Part shown: positions 46,871 to 56,104 of the stretch, piece after piece
Numbering within the stretch: position 1 is the first letter of the stretch
Layout: every line of letters begins with the position of its first letter
Source of the DNA: Candidatus Elulimicrobium sp.
GTDB lineage: Bacteria; Patescibacteriota; Minisyncoccia; Phycocordibacterales; UBA918
Direction: 5' to 3'
Length of the DNA stretch: 64,000 nt
Assembly (NCBI GenBank): GCA_020720815.1
Contig: DYNY01000004.1
Coordinates: forward strand, 1,783 to 65,782
Translations under genes and position numbers: made by a program
The notes under the pieces: model-generated
Database searches by the model: none
The model's input: only the letters and a program-made list of their open reading frames with translations
What the model was told of the DNA's origin: nothing

Positions 46871-47719
46871 TTATTCTAAGGACACCGATTCTGTTACAAA
46901 AAGACGTAATTTTTCCATATCAGAGCGTAGGTCTTCACTCCCCAAAACCACGTAACCGAGGGTTCTTTTGCCAGCGGGAAAAGTCTCCTCATAGAGCGCC
47001 ACCAAGGTCCGCTTAGCCGCCTCAGTATAGCCGTGCTTGCCGCCGCGGTAATTGGTTTCTAGGACCGGGCTGTTATTTGTCCAGCCGACATAAGGGCCAG
47101 CTCTCTTGCTGAGTTGAGTTATATCAAAAATATGTGGCTCGATCTTGTATAAGTAACTTGAAACAGTAGCTAGGTCGCGCGCGGAAGCGACATTTCTGGC
47201 TGATAGTCCAGAGGTATCATTAAGGACCATGTTTTTGGCGCCCGCCTTCGCGACTAACTCATTCATATCTTCTACCAGCTCTCCCTCCGATAGACGCGCC
47301 AAAGCCGTGGCCGCATCATTGGAAGATTCCAAAAGCAGCGGGAAGAGTAGCTCGTGCGAGGTGTAGTGTTGGCCCACGCTTAGTCGCCCAGACCGTCCAT
47401 CCTCGGCAATGTCTGAATAAATTATAGTTGCCTCTTTATCCTTAGGTAATTTTTCGACAGACGCAACCGCGGTAATAAGTTTTGTCACGGAGGCAATCGG
47501 CAGGACCATCTCGTCGTTATAAGCAGAGATTATCTCTCCGGTCTCAACATCAAAAATGGCGTAAGCGGAAACATTTAGTGACAGTGGCTCGGTCGTAGCC
47601 ACTAATTTGGTCGGCTGGTATGGCACTACTACCAACTTCGGACTAGCGGCGGCTTGGTAGGTAACCGAAACAATCAAAACTGTTAAAGAAAAAACTATGT
47701 AACCAATGGCTCGCTTCAT
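46871..47719 (-). CDS. D-alanyl-D-alanine carboxypeptidase (peptidase S11)
   Basis: SVTKL (SxxK) active-site motif and an N-terminal signal. Confidence 0.75.
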   Translation of the reverse strand: MKRAIGYIVFSLTVLIVSVTYQAAASPKLVVVPYQPTKLVATTEPLSLNVSAYAIFDVETGEIISAYNDEMVLPIASVTKLITAVASVEKLPKDKEATIIYSDIAEDGRSGRLSVGQHYTSHELLFPLLLESSNDAATALARLSEGELVEDMNELVAKAGAKNMVLNDTSGLSARNVASARDLATVSSYLYKIEPHIFDITQLSKRAGPYVGWTNNSPVLETNYRGGKHGYTEAAKRTLVALYEETFPAGKRTLGYVVLGSEDLRSDMEKLRLFVTESVSLE

Positions 47720-47767
47720 ATGGCTATATTTTAGCTTATTTTGGACATGAAATGGTTAGGACGACAC

Positions 47768-47806
47768 AAAAGCCGGGGACAAGCTTTGCTTGTCCCCGGC
47801 TTTTGT
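47768..47806. terminator. Bidirectional Rho-independent terminator (agccggggacaagc/gcttgtccccggct) with T/A runs
   Basis: 14-bp GC-rich stem with a 3-nt loop, flanked by aaa and tttt. Confidence 0.8.
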
Positions 47807-47818
47807 TGTTTAAACAAC

Positions 47819-48241
47819 TTACTTCTTTACTACCTTCTTAGTCACTTTCTTAGCGTCCACTACAGCCTTCTTCACGGGCTTCTTTGGGTTAGCGGTCTTT
47901 AATAGTCCTTGCCAATGCTCTTTCATCTCCTTTTTGAAATCTGAAAGCTCATTCTTTGATGCACTTTTTGCTGTGAGATAAGTCGCTGCTACCGTATTAA
48001 TTAATTGCTCATATTCCTCCTGTGACATATCCTTAGCTTTCTCAATTCCCTCGAGCACTTCAGCCTTAGCCTTTAGTGCCCAGCTCTTTACTGCCTTACG
48101 GTTACTAGCAGCATTCTTGCTACCGTAAAGGAAAAATCCCCCAGCCGCAGCAGCTACAGCGGCAGTAATACCTAGTCCTAGACCAATTGCTTGCTTATTC
48201 GTTATCCCCGCTTTCTTCGTTGCTATCTTCTTTGTTGCCAT
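47819..48241 (-). CDS. YtxH-like small membrane-associated protein
   Basis: Gly/Ala-rich TM helix (GLGLGITAAVAAAAGGFFLYGSK) followed by a charged helical region. Confidence 0.4.
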   Translation of the reverse strand: MATKKIATKKAGITNKQAIGLGLGITAAVAAAAGGFFLYGSKNAASNRKAVKSWALKAKAEVLEGIEKAKDMSQEEYEQLINTVAATYLTAKSASKNELSDFKKEMKEHWQGLLKTANPKKPVKKAVVDAKKVTKKVVKK

Positions 48242-48539
48242 ATGATTTATTATTATTTATAATTCTTCGCTTCCGTTTTGGAGCAGTAGGGCTATTAGCT
48301 CCACCAAAGAACATACCAATGAGACGAGAAACGATACCGCCTTCAACAATTACTGCTCGTATTTGGGCTAAATCCTCTGCCAATATTTCACTTCCCTCTT
48401 CTACTTTCGTCAAAATCGCTCGAATAGACTGCATGATTTTAATCAGTTGGTAGAGCACAAAGCATACCAAAATACAAAAACAAACCGTCGCTAAACTGGC
48501 AATGAAGAAAAATATATTGGCTTGTAAAATCTCGTTCAT
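48195..48539 (-). CDS. DUF948-like small membrane protein
   Basis: N-terminal TM plus coiled coil. Overlaps the downstream YtxH-like gene by 47 nt. Confidence 0.35.
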   Translation of the reverse strand: MNEILQANIFFFIASLATVCFCILVCFVLYQLIKIMQSIRAILTKVEEGSEILAEDLAQIRAVIVEGGIVSRLIGMFFGGANSPTAPKRKRRIINNNKSYGNKEDSNEESGDNE

Positions 48540-48594
48540 CTTATATTAGTTTAACAAGTATTTAAGCGATACCTAAAAACATTGGTGGACAACT

Positions 48595-49665
48595 CTAACT
48601 CGACGACCGATTTAGACCAGCATTTTGTAGTTCAGACAAAAATTCTTGCACCACTTTCTCTACTCCATTTGCTGTTTCCTGATTCATCAGTTTCAACCGT
48701 AACTCATTAGCCCCATGAAAGTCTTTGACGTAAGCTTTGTAATGCTTTTTCATAATGGCAAAGTTTTTAAATGACAGCAATTCTTCAAAAAGTTTAGTAT
48801 GCTCAACCATTACTCGTAGACGCTCTACTAATGGCAAAGTATCAACCGTAAGAGTAGGATGAAAGAGCCAAGGATTACCAAAAATTGCTCGTCCGAGCAT
48901 AACCCCATCAGCCCCAGATTGCTCGCTTTTTAATTTAGCATCACCCAAAGAGAGAGCATCCCCGTTACCAATAATTCTGGTTCGATTTATGTCATTACCT
49001 TGTAGTTCGTTACGAATTAGAACCGCGTGCTTTACTTTCTCCCAATTAGCTGGCACCTTACTCATTTCCTTGCGTGTCCGAGCATGCACAGTGATAGCGG
49101 CTGGATTTGTTGCTAATAATTTCGGTAGCCATTCTTCGAGTTGGTCTCGGTTGTAGCCAATGCGAGTTTTGACCGAGACAGGAATACCACCCTCCTCATC
49201 AGACTTAGCTCCTCTTTTCGCCGCTAAAATAATTTTTTGTGCCAACTCCGGGGTTTTTATCATTGCTGAGCCACAACCCTGTTTTTCTATCGACTTATCT
49301 GGACAACCCATATTTATATCCACTCCATCAAAGCCCATTTCTAAACACAGCTGAGAGGCTCGCTCCATATGATCTTCATTACTAGAAAAAAGTTGCGCCA
49401 CAATCGGTCTTTCCTCCTCTGCATACATCAAGTCGGCCAATAATTTCTTCTTCCCTTCCGGTGTTGCACGGATTAGACCATCGGCCGAAACAAACTCCGT
49501 CCACATCACATCCGGACCGCCGACCGTCTCATCACTTCGTACATGTGAGCTATACTTAGCAATCATCCGCCGAAATGGCGCATCCGTCACATCCGCCATG
49601 GGAGCAAGGACGAAAAAAGGCATTGGTAGTTTTTGCCAAAATGACATAGTTTGAATTTGTATCAC
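48595..49665 (-). CDS. dus: tRNA-dihydrouridine synthase
   Basis: VLAPMADVTDAPFRRM N-terminal signature and an FMN-binding TIM-barrel pattern. Confidence 0.85.
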   Translation of the reverse strand: MIQIQTMSFWQKLPMPFFVLAPMADVTDAPFRRMIAKYSSHVRSDETVGGPDVMWTEFVSADGLIRATPEGKKKLLADLMYAEEERPIVAQLFSSNEDHMERASQLCLEMGFDGVDINMGCPDKSIEKQGCGSAMIKTPELAQKIILAAKRGAKSDEEGGIPVSVKTRIGYNRDQLEEWLPKLLATNPAAITVHARTRKEMSKVPANWEKVKHAVLIRNELQGNDINRTRIIGNGDALSLGDAKLKSEQSGADGVMLGRAIFGNPWLFHPTLTVDTLPLVERLRVMVEHTKLFEELLSFKNFAIMKKHYKAYVKDFHGANELRLKLMNQETANGVEKVVQEFLSELQNAGLNRSSS

Positions 49666-49686
49666 ACTTTTAAGAAAGACTAAAGC

Positions 49687-50583
49687 CTACTCCACAGTGG
49701 TGGTAGAAATAGCTTCAGAAGAAGTCCCTTTAAACGAGGGCTCAATTAGTTCTTCCTCATTTACAAAAACTTTTGTCCCAAAACGCAGATCAATGTATTG
49801 AAAATTTCCCGGTTTAAGATGAGAAAACTCCTTTGACTGCCGGATAGTCTCTAAATACGAAAAGGTTTTGTTAGTGTCCCTTGTCAAAGTAGCTTTAATT
49901 TCACCACCAGAGGCTAAAGTATAAAAAACATCACGTACCGCATCAATCTCAACCTTATCTATATACCACCCCGTTTCGGCTAGTGAATTCAAAAAAAATC
50001 TAGTTGCTTTGTAATCGTCTTCTGTAAATGGTCTAGTTTCCTTTTTTGGATTTAATCCTAAATAGTAGTAACGCACGAAACTCCCTCCCGCCAAATTTGG
50101 TGCCGAGCCAAAGGCATAACCGGTTTCATCTAAAAACAAGCAATCTGCATCCTCATACTCAGCATCACACCAAAGAGCTTCAGGTACGTATTCATCATAG
50201 GCTATCTTAAGAGTCTTATTATCCACCAAGGTAACCGATACATCTTTTATTCTATCAATGTTTTCTAATGCCAGAAGCGCATTTGCCTCTGGATAAGAAT
50301 ACGCAAAACGTCGTGGAATCAAACCAAGATAAGTACCCTCCAAAACTGATTCAATTGTCTTAGTTATAATCGCTGAATCAATCGTCTTTCCACCTGATAC
50401 CTCAACTGTCGCAATCGTAAAAGTATTAAGGCGAGATAAGTACCAAACTGAGGTTAAAACCAAACCAATCACAGTAAACAAAGCTAGACCAAACAAAAAT
50501 TGCTTGACCAATAAAATGGCGGCTGGATTTAGGGGTTTGCGTCGTTTACTGGGACGAGACTTCATGTGCCAGTATGGTAACAC
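49687..50583 (-). CDS. Cell-division protein FtsQ/DivIB-like (TM plus POTRA)
   Basis: Basic N-terminus, single TM, POTRA-like ATVEVSGGKTID...VSVTLVDNKTLKIAYDEYVPEALW. Confidence 0.55.
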   Translation of the reverse strand: MLPYWHMKSRPSKRRKPLNPAAILLVKQFLFGLALFTVIGLVLTSVWYLSRLNTFTIATVEVSGGKTIDSAIITKTIESVLEGTYLGLIPRRFAYSYPEANALLALENIDRIKDVSVTLVDNKTLKIAYDEYVPEALWCDAEYEDADCLFLDETGYAFGSAPNLAGGSFVRYYYLGLNPKKETRPFTEDDYKATRFFLNSLAETGWYIDKVEIDAVRDVFYTLASGGEIKATLTRDTNKTFSYLETIRQSKEFSHLKPGNFQYIDLRFGTKVFVNEEELIEPSFKGTSSEAISTTTVE

Positions 50584-50618
50584 GCACTACTTTAGTACAA
50601 CAACTGACTAAAAGACAA

Positions 50619-51884
50619 TTAGGAAATAACCTCCTTACCCATAAATGGTCGCAGTACTTCCGGAATCACGATTGAACCATCAGCTTGTTGGAAGTTTTCT
50701 AGCAAAGACACCAAAATACGAGGAGTTGGGATGGCCGTACAGTTTAATGAATGGGCGTAACGCATCTTTCCTTCATCATCGCGGTAGCGAATATTGAAGC
50801 GGCGAGTTTGGAAGTCGTGGAAATATGAAGCTGAACTAATCTCACGATAGGTCTTTTCCCCCGGTACCCACAGCTCAATATCATATTTCTTTACTTGACC
50901 CTGACCCAAATCACCACCACAATTTAACACCGTGCGGTATGGGATACCGAGTGATTCGATAAACTCTTCCGTATTACTATTTATCCATTCATGCCAGCGG
51001 ACACTTTCTTCGTGTGAAGCTTCACACAGTAACACTTGCTCTAGCTTGAAAAATTCATGGACTCGAATCAAACCTTTGGTATCCTTACCATGACTACCTG
51101 CTTCCCTTCGATAGCAAGGTGAAAAAGCCAAAAACTTCATCGGTAGCTCTGCTTTATCTATCACCTCATCACTGTATAGTCCCATTATGGAAACTTCACT
51201 GGTACCGATTAGGTAATCCTCATCTTGAGTTTTATAAACATCTTCTGCATCATTTGGCAGGTGGCCAGTACCATATAAATTACTCTTACGAACTATGGCC
51301 GGGACCAAAAGCGGTTCAAAACCCTTAGCTAAGAAAAATTGATTAGCGTAGTTCCAAATCGCCCAAGAGAGGCGGGCACCGTCACCACGCAAATAATAGC
51401 CACGAAAACCATGCACTTTCACTCCACGTTCGAAGTCAGCCATCTTGTGCTTAGTCATAAGGGCGACGTGATCCTGAGACGGAAAAGAGAACTGGGTTTG
51501 TTCACCCCAGAGTTTGACCTCCATGTTATCTGCGTCACTGGTTCCGTCTGGTACCGACATGTCTGGCACGTTAGGGACCTGCAACATCAACTTCTGCCAC
51601 TCTTCCATGATTGTCCGAAGTGCTTCCTCATCTTTTTGTATCTCAACTTTAAGGGCCTGCATTTCAATTATTAACTGCTCGCGCATAGCGCCATCACTAC
51701 CAGCACTGGCAATATTGACCGATACTCGGTTTTGCTCGGCCTTCTTAGTTTCAAGCAAGGTCATGCGTTCTCGCCTCTGGTCGTCAACAACCAGAAGTCT
51801 ATCGATATCGACCAGGATCTTTTTCTTCACGGCCGCCAGCTTCACAATTTCGGCATTTTCTCTAATGAATTTAATATCTAACAT
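50619..51884 (-). CDS. serS: Seryl-tRNA synthetase
   Basis: MLDIKFIRENAEIV start, class II motifs, 421 aa. Confidence 0.92.
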   Translation of the reverse strand: MLDIKFIRENAEIVKLAAVKKKILVDIDRLLVVDDQRRERMTLLETKKAEQNRVSVNIASAGSDGAMREQLIIEMQALKVEIQKDEEALRTIMEEWQKLMLQVPNVPDMSVPDGTSDADNMEVKLWGEQTQFSFPSQDHVALMTKHKMADFERGVKVHGFRGYYLRGDGARLSWAIWNYANQFFLAKGFEPLLVPAIVRKSNLYGTGHLPNDAEDVYKTQDEDYLIGTSEVSIMGLYSDEVIDKAELPMKFLAFSPCYRREAGSHGKDTKGLIRVHEFFKLEQVLLCEASHEESVRWHEWINSNTEEFIESLGIPYRTVLNCGGDLGQGQVKKYDIELWVPGEKTYREISSASYFHDFQTRRFNIRYRDDEGKMRYAHSLNCTAIPTPRILVSLLENFQQADGSIVIPEVLRPFMGKEVIS

Positions 51885-51946
51885 ACAAAAACAATTCCAT
51901 TAATTACGTAAAATTGATTATAGCGTACTTACCCAAAAAAGTAGAC

Positions 51947-51975
51947 ATAAAAAACCCGCCATGGTGGTGGCGGGT
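51947..51975 (-). terminator. Rho-independent terminator for the GNAT gene (cccgcc-accaccat-ggcggg, then TTTTTT on the minus strand)
   Basis: Perfect GC stem plus a 6-nt T-run on the coding strand of the upstream gene. Confidence 0.8.
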
Positions 51976-52035
51976 CTTGGTGGTGGCCATGTTGGCCGAA
52001 AGGATAGCTGACAGCTACCAGCGAATATCGGCTTT

Positions 52036-52614
52036 TCATGCCGCCACCATGTTCTGGTCGGTGTTCTCCAGAAATTCAGCCCTACGGCGCATGATTTCAC
52101 TCGACATCTTATAGTCAAGTACCATGAGAACGGCGGGTGCCTTATCGAGACCTTTCGTTCCTTCAGTCCGAGCCAGTTCAACCGCACCATAACGCCGGTA
52201 CAACCCGACGTGGTTAGGATTGACCATCATCACTGCGACGCTGACGTCGTTGGTGAGCGACCACTCAGTTACCGCGGAGGCCAGCAATTGCTTGCCGACC
52301 AGCTTGCCTTGCAAATTGGGAATGACGGCAAACTTGCCGAAATAACCAATTCGTCCACCATACTTCTCACGAAGGACTCGCATCTCCTTCGGAAATACCA
52401 GATCAGTAGGCAAGGCCTCGTTGTCCCTGGAACACATGAGCGTTCCGGTGGGCACACCGGAACGTGTCACCATAAGTACATCACTTTGAAGTTTCCGCTT
52501 CTCAGCGAAGTAAGCACGGAGTGCGCCTACTATTCCAAGTGGATGATAATACCCCAACTTGGCGTACGCAACGAAAACAATCGTCGCGCAAACTATATGT
52601 TGTAGAACAATCAT
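52036..52614 (-). CDS. GNAT-family N-acyltransferase (acyl-amino-acid-synthase-like), encoded on a high-GC islet
   Basis: The FAVIPNLQGKLVGKQLL acyl-CoA-binding motif-A-like region. About 55% GC against about 38% for the surroundings. Start chosen at ATG 52614, which has a GGAGAG Shine-Dalgarno site. The tracked ORF extends to 52662. Confidence 0.55.
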   Translation of the reverse strand: MIVLQHIVCATIVFVAYAKLGYYHPLGIVGALRAYFAEKRKLQSDVLMVTRSGVPTGTLMCSRDNEALPTDLVFPKEMRVLREKYGGRIGYFGKFAVIPNLQGKLVGKQLLASAVTEWSLTNDVSVAVMMVNPNHVGLYRRYGAVELARTEGTKGLDKAPAVLMVLDYKMSSEIMRRRAEFLENTDQNMVAA

Positions 52615-52746
52615 GGTTCTCTCCAGTGGACCTACTAAATGTGGGGGATAACCTCCCCGCACGGTCCGATAAATGCTTGGAGGTCCCGGAGGAGCAAACT
52701 AGAGGTAGTCTATCATATATTTGACAAAAAGTCAATGTAGTGCCGA

Positions 52747-53634
52747 GTGGTGTATAATAATCTACATATGGACAGCAAATATCCAATCGAATCTATCCCT
52801 CTCTTAGAATTTCCTCCCCTTCTGCACGAAATCCCCGACCCACCAAAAAATCTTTGGTACCAAGGTAATCTTCCCCCGGAAGAATTAAAGTTACTGGCTG
52901 TGGTCGGCTCAAGGAAATACACCAGCTACGCCAAACAAGTAATTGATTATTTATTTACCGGCCTCCGCGGTTACCCAATAGCTATCATTTCGGGTCTGGC
53001 ACTTGGGGTAGATGGTCTTGCTCATGAAGCGGCTATAAAAAATAACTTGTATACCTTGGCTATACCAGGTAGTGGACTAGACCCAAGCGTGCTTTATCCT
53101 AGCTGTCACCGCCAATTAGCCGAAGATATTTTAAAACATGGTGGTGGCTTGTTATCAGAATATTCACCCGAAACCACGGCTGCCCCATGGACCTTTCCAC
53201 AACGCAACCGCATAATGGCCGGACTAACCCACGCCACCTTACTCATTGAAGCCGGGGCAAAATCCGGTACCCTTATCACAGCTCGCCTAGCTGTAGACTA
53301 CAACCGCGAACTTTTGGCTGTCCCAGGCAACATCTTTTCTAGTAATTCATACGGTACACACCAATTCATAAAACTCGGTGCTACCGTAATAACCGAGCCG
53401 GAAGACATAATCATAGCCCTTGGTTTAGAGCCAGAAAGTTCGGCCGTAAAAACTCGCTCCGTACTTTCATTAACTGAAGAAAAGGTTATCAATCTACTCA
53501 ACGAACCAAGAGATAAAGATGACCTTATCCGTGCCCTCTCTCTACCACCCGGAGAAGCAAATATTTTGCTTATGCAGATGGAAATGAAAGGTTATATTGC
53601 TTATAACTCTCCCCTCTATTATAACCTCATATAA
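52747..53634 (+). CDS. dprA: DNA-processing protein DprA (Smf)
   Basis: LLAVVGSRKYTSYAKQV...ISGLALGVDGLAHEAAI Rossmann signature. Confidence 0.88.
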   Translation: MVYNNLHMDSKYPIESIPLLEFPPLLHEIPDPPKNLWYQGNLPPEELKLLAVVGSRKYTSYAKQVIDYLFTGLRGYPIAIISGLALGVDGLAHEAAIKNNLYTLAIPGSGLDPSVLYPSCHRQLAEDILKHGGGLLSEYSPETTAAPWTFPQRNRIMAGLTHATLLIEAGAKSGTLITARLAVDYNRELLAVPGNIFSSNSYGTHQFIKLGATVITEPEDIIIALGLEPESSAVKTRSVLSLTEEKVINLLNEPRDKDDLIRALSLPPGEANILLMQMEMKGYIAYNSPLYYNLI

Positions 53635-53682
53635 TAAGGTTATACTGCAAAACTATTTGACAGATGACCTCAATCCTAGTAT

Positions 53683-56064
53683 TTGTTACAGGACTTCATT
53701 CTTATGAGCGCATACACTTTAGTTATAGTTGAGTCCCCAGCCAAAGCTAAGACCATCGAAAAATACCTCGGTAGTGATTACCGTGTCCTGTCCTCAATTG
53801 GCCACGTCCGTGACTTACCAAAGAGTAATAATGACGCGGTTGATATTGAGGCTGGCTTTGTTCCACGCTATATTATTTCACCCGGGAAAGACAAAGTTAT
53901 TGCTGGACTAAAAAGTGCCGCCAGGAAAGCTAAAGAAGTATTGTTGGCTTCCGACCCCGACCGCGAGGGTGAAGCGATTGCTTGGCATATTGCCGAGCTA
54001 GTAAAAGATGATAACCCCAACCTCAAACGAGTGGCTTTCAATGAAATTACCGAAGCGGCGGTAAAAGACGCCATAGCTCACCCACGTGATCTGGATATTA
54101 ACCTCAAAGAAGCCCAAGAGGCTAGACGCGTGCTTGATCGTTTGGTGGGTTACGACCTATCTGGTTTGATTTGGAAAAAAGTCCGCTACGGTCTTTCGGC
54201 CGGTCGTGTACAATCACCAGCTTTGCGTATCTTGATGGAACGCGAACGCGAAATTCGAGCTTTTATACCGGAAGATTTTTATACACTGACGGCCAACACC
54301 AAGGCTGGCAAAATGCAGATACCATTTATCTGTACCACGGAGCCGACCGAAAAAGCGGAAGCGGAAAGAATTAAGAAAGTTGGGGAAGCTAATGATTGGC
54401 AGATTACTGATCTTAAAGAAAACGAAGCCAAACGTTCACCCCGTCCACCATTCACCACTTCCACTCTCCAGCAAGTAGCCTCAACTAGGCTTGGTTTTTC
54501 TCCTTCTCGCACTATGGGTGCCGCCCAGAAATTATACGAAGCCGGCTTCATCACCTATATGCGTACAGACAGTACGACTATTAGTGCTATAGCACAGAAG
54601 CAAATCATCGCTCTAGTAAATAATGACTTCGGAAAAGATTACGTCGCTCCCCGACAATACAAAACAAAGAGTAAATCCGCTCAGGAAGCGCACGAAGCGA
54701 TTAGACCAACCAACTTTGTCAAGCGTGGTGCCGGTGGTACCGCCGACCAAAAAGCCCTCTATGAACTAATTTGGCGACGAGCAGTAGCTTCGCAAATGGC
54801 TGATGCGGTAATGAAGCGAGCCAAGCTAATTGCTAACATTACTAACTCCAATGAAACTATCCCGGACTTTGCCATTAATGGTTCACGTGTCCTTTTCCCT
54901 GGTTGGCTAGCGGTGGATATCATGGCTCGTGGTGAAGATACTGAAGTACCAAAGTTAGCTATTGGTGACACCCTTGCACTTTCTAGTGTAGATATCGAGG
55001 CTAAACAAACACAACCACCTAATCGATATAGTGAAGCTGGCTTGATTAAAGAACTAGAAAAACGCGGTATCGGCCGACCATCTACTTACGCCTCAATCAT
55101 GAAGACTATTATTGATCGTGGCTACGTGATTAAAGAAGGACGTACGCTTATCCCAACCGATACTGGAGATGTTGTTTCTTCATTTTTAGAACAACATTTT
55201 AATAATTATATTAGTGATACTTTTACCAGTGAAATGGAAGACGAACTGGATGAAATTGCTGACGGTAAAAGGACTTACGTAAAGACTTTGACTGACTTTT
55301 ACTTCCCTTTCCATAAAGCTATCGAGGCCAAAGCTGACATTGAAAAACTAACAAATCTTGGTGCTGGACCAAAACAATTTCCTTGTCCACTATGTCAAGC
55401 CGGAATGATTATTAAGCTTGGGCGGTCTGGTACTTTTCTGTCCTGCGAAAGATTCCCTGATTGTAATGGATCGCGCCTCATAGACGGTAGTGAGCTTAAG
55501 CCTGAAGCCCCACTTGGTCTGCATCCTGATAAAAATGAACCAATTTACTTGCTTAACGGCAAGTTTGGCCCCTACGTGCAACTAGGAGAAACGCCTGAGA
55601 AAAAGAAGGGTAAGAAACAACCTTCACCCAAGCGAGCTGGTCTACCAGCCGGCGTAAAACCAGAAGATGTTACCTTGACTGATGCAATTAAGTATTTAAC
55701 TTTGCCACGTGAACTTGGGCTTCACGAAACTACCAATGAACCAATTATGGCAAATACCGGACAATACGGTCCTTACCTGGCTCACGCTGGTGATTTTCGT
55801 TCACTAAAAGGAAGTGACGACCCATACACTATCACTTACGAAAGAGCCCTTGAAATTTACAAAGAAGCTAAACAAACACGTAAAGGTGAAAAACTTCTAA
55901 AGGAACTCGGGGTAAATCCAACCACCAAAAAACTAATAAATGTTTTTGAATCAAAATCCGGGCGTTATCTCAAAAAAGGCTTCAAACGTATTAGTATTCC
56001 TGATGAAGTTGCGACCCCAGATATCACTCTTGAAGTGGCGATAGAATTACTAAAACGCGGTTAG
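53683..56064 (+). CDS. topA: DNA topoisomerase I
   Basis: LVIVESPAKAKTIEKYLG TOPRIM start, Zn ribbons (CPLCQ..CERFPDC). An alternative start exists at 53704. Confidence 0.95.
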   Translation: MLQDFILMSAYTLVIVESPAKAKTIEKYLGSDYRVLSSIGHVRDLPKSNNDAVDIEAGFVPRYIISPGKDKVIAGLKSAARKAKEVLLASDPDREGEAIAWHIAELVKDDNPNLKRVAFNEITEAAVKDAIAHPRDLDINLKEAQEARRVLDRLVGYDLSGLIWKKVRYGLSAGRVQSPALRILMEREREIRAFIPEDFYTLTANTKAGKMQIPFICTTEPTEKAEAERIKKVGEANDWQITDLKENEAKRSPRPPFTTSTLQQVASTRLGFSPSRTMGAAQKLYEAGFITYMRTDSTTISAIAQKQIIALVNNDFGKDYVAPRQYKTKSKSAQEAHEAIRPTNFVKRGAGGTADQKALYELIWRRAVASQMADAVMKRAKLIANITNSNETIPDFAINGSRVLFPGWLAVDIMARGEDTEVPKLAIGDTLALSSVDIEAKQTQPPNRYSEAGLIKELEKRGIGRPSTYASIMKTIIDRGYVIKEGRTLIPTDTGDVVSSFLEQHFNNYISDTFTSEMEDELDEIADGKRTYVKTLTDFYFPFHKAIEAKADIEKLTNLGAGPKQFPCPLCQAGMIIKLGRSGTFLSCERFPDCNGSRLIDGSELKPEAPLGLHPDKNEPIYLLNGKFGPYVQLGETPEKKKGKKQPSPKRAGLPAGVKPEDVTLTDAIKYLTLPRELGLHETTNEPIMANTGQYGPYLAHAGDFRSLKGSDDPYTITYERALEIYKEAKQTRKGEKLLKELGVNPTTKKLINVFESKSGRYLKKGFKRISIPDEVATPDITLEVAIELLKRG

Positions 56065-56104
56065 TGTACTTGTCTTTAGTCTCGGTTGTGCCTACAATTA
56101 AGAA

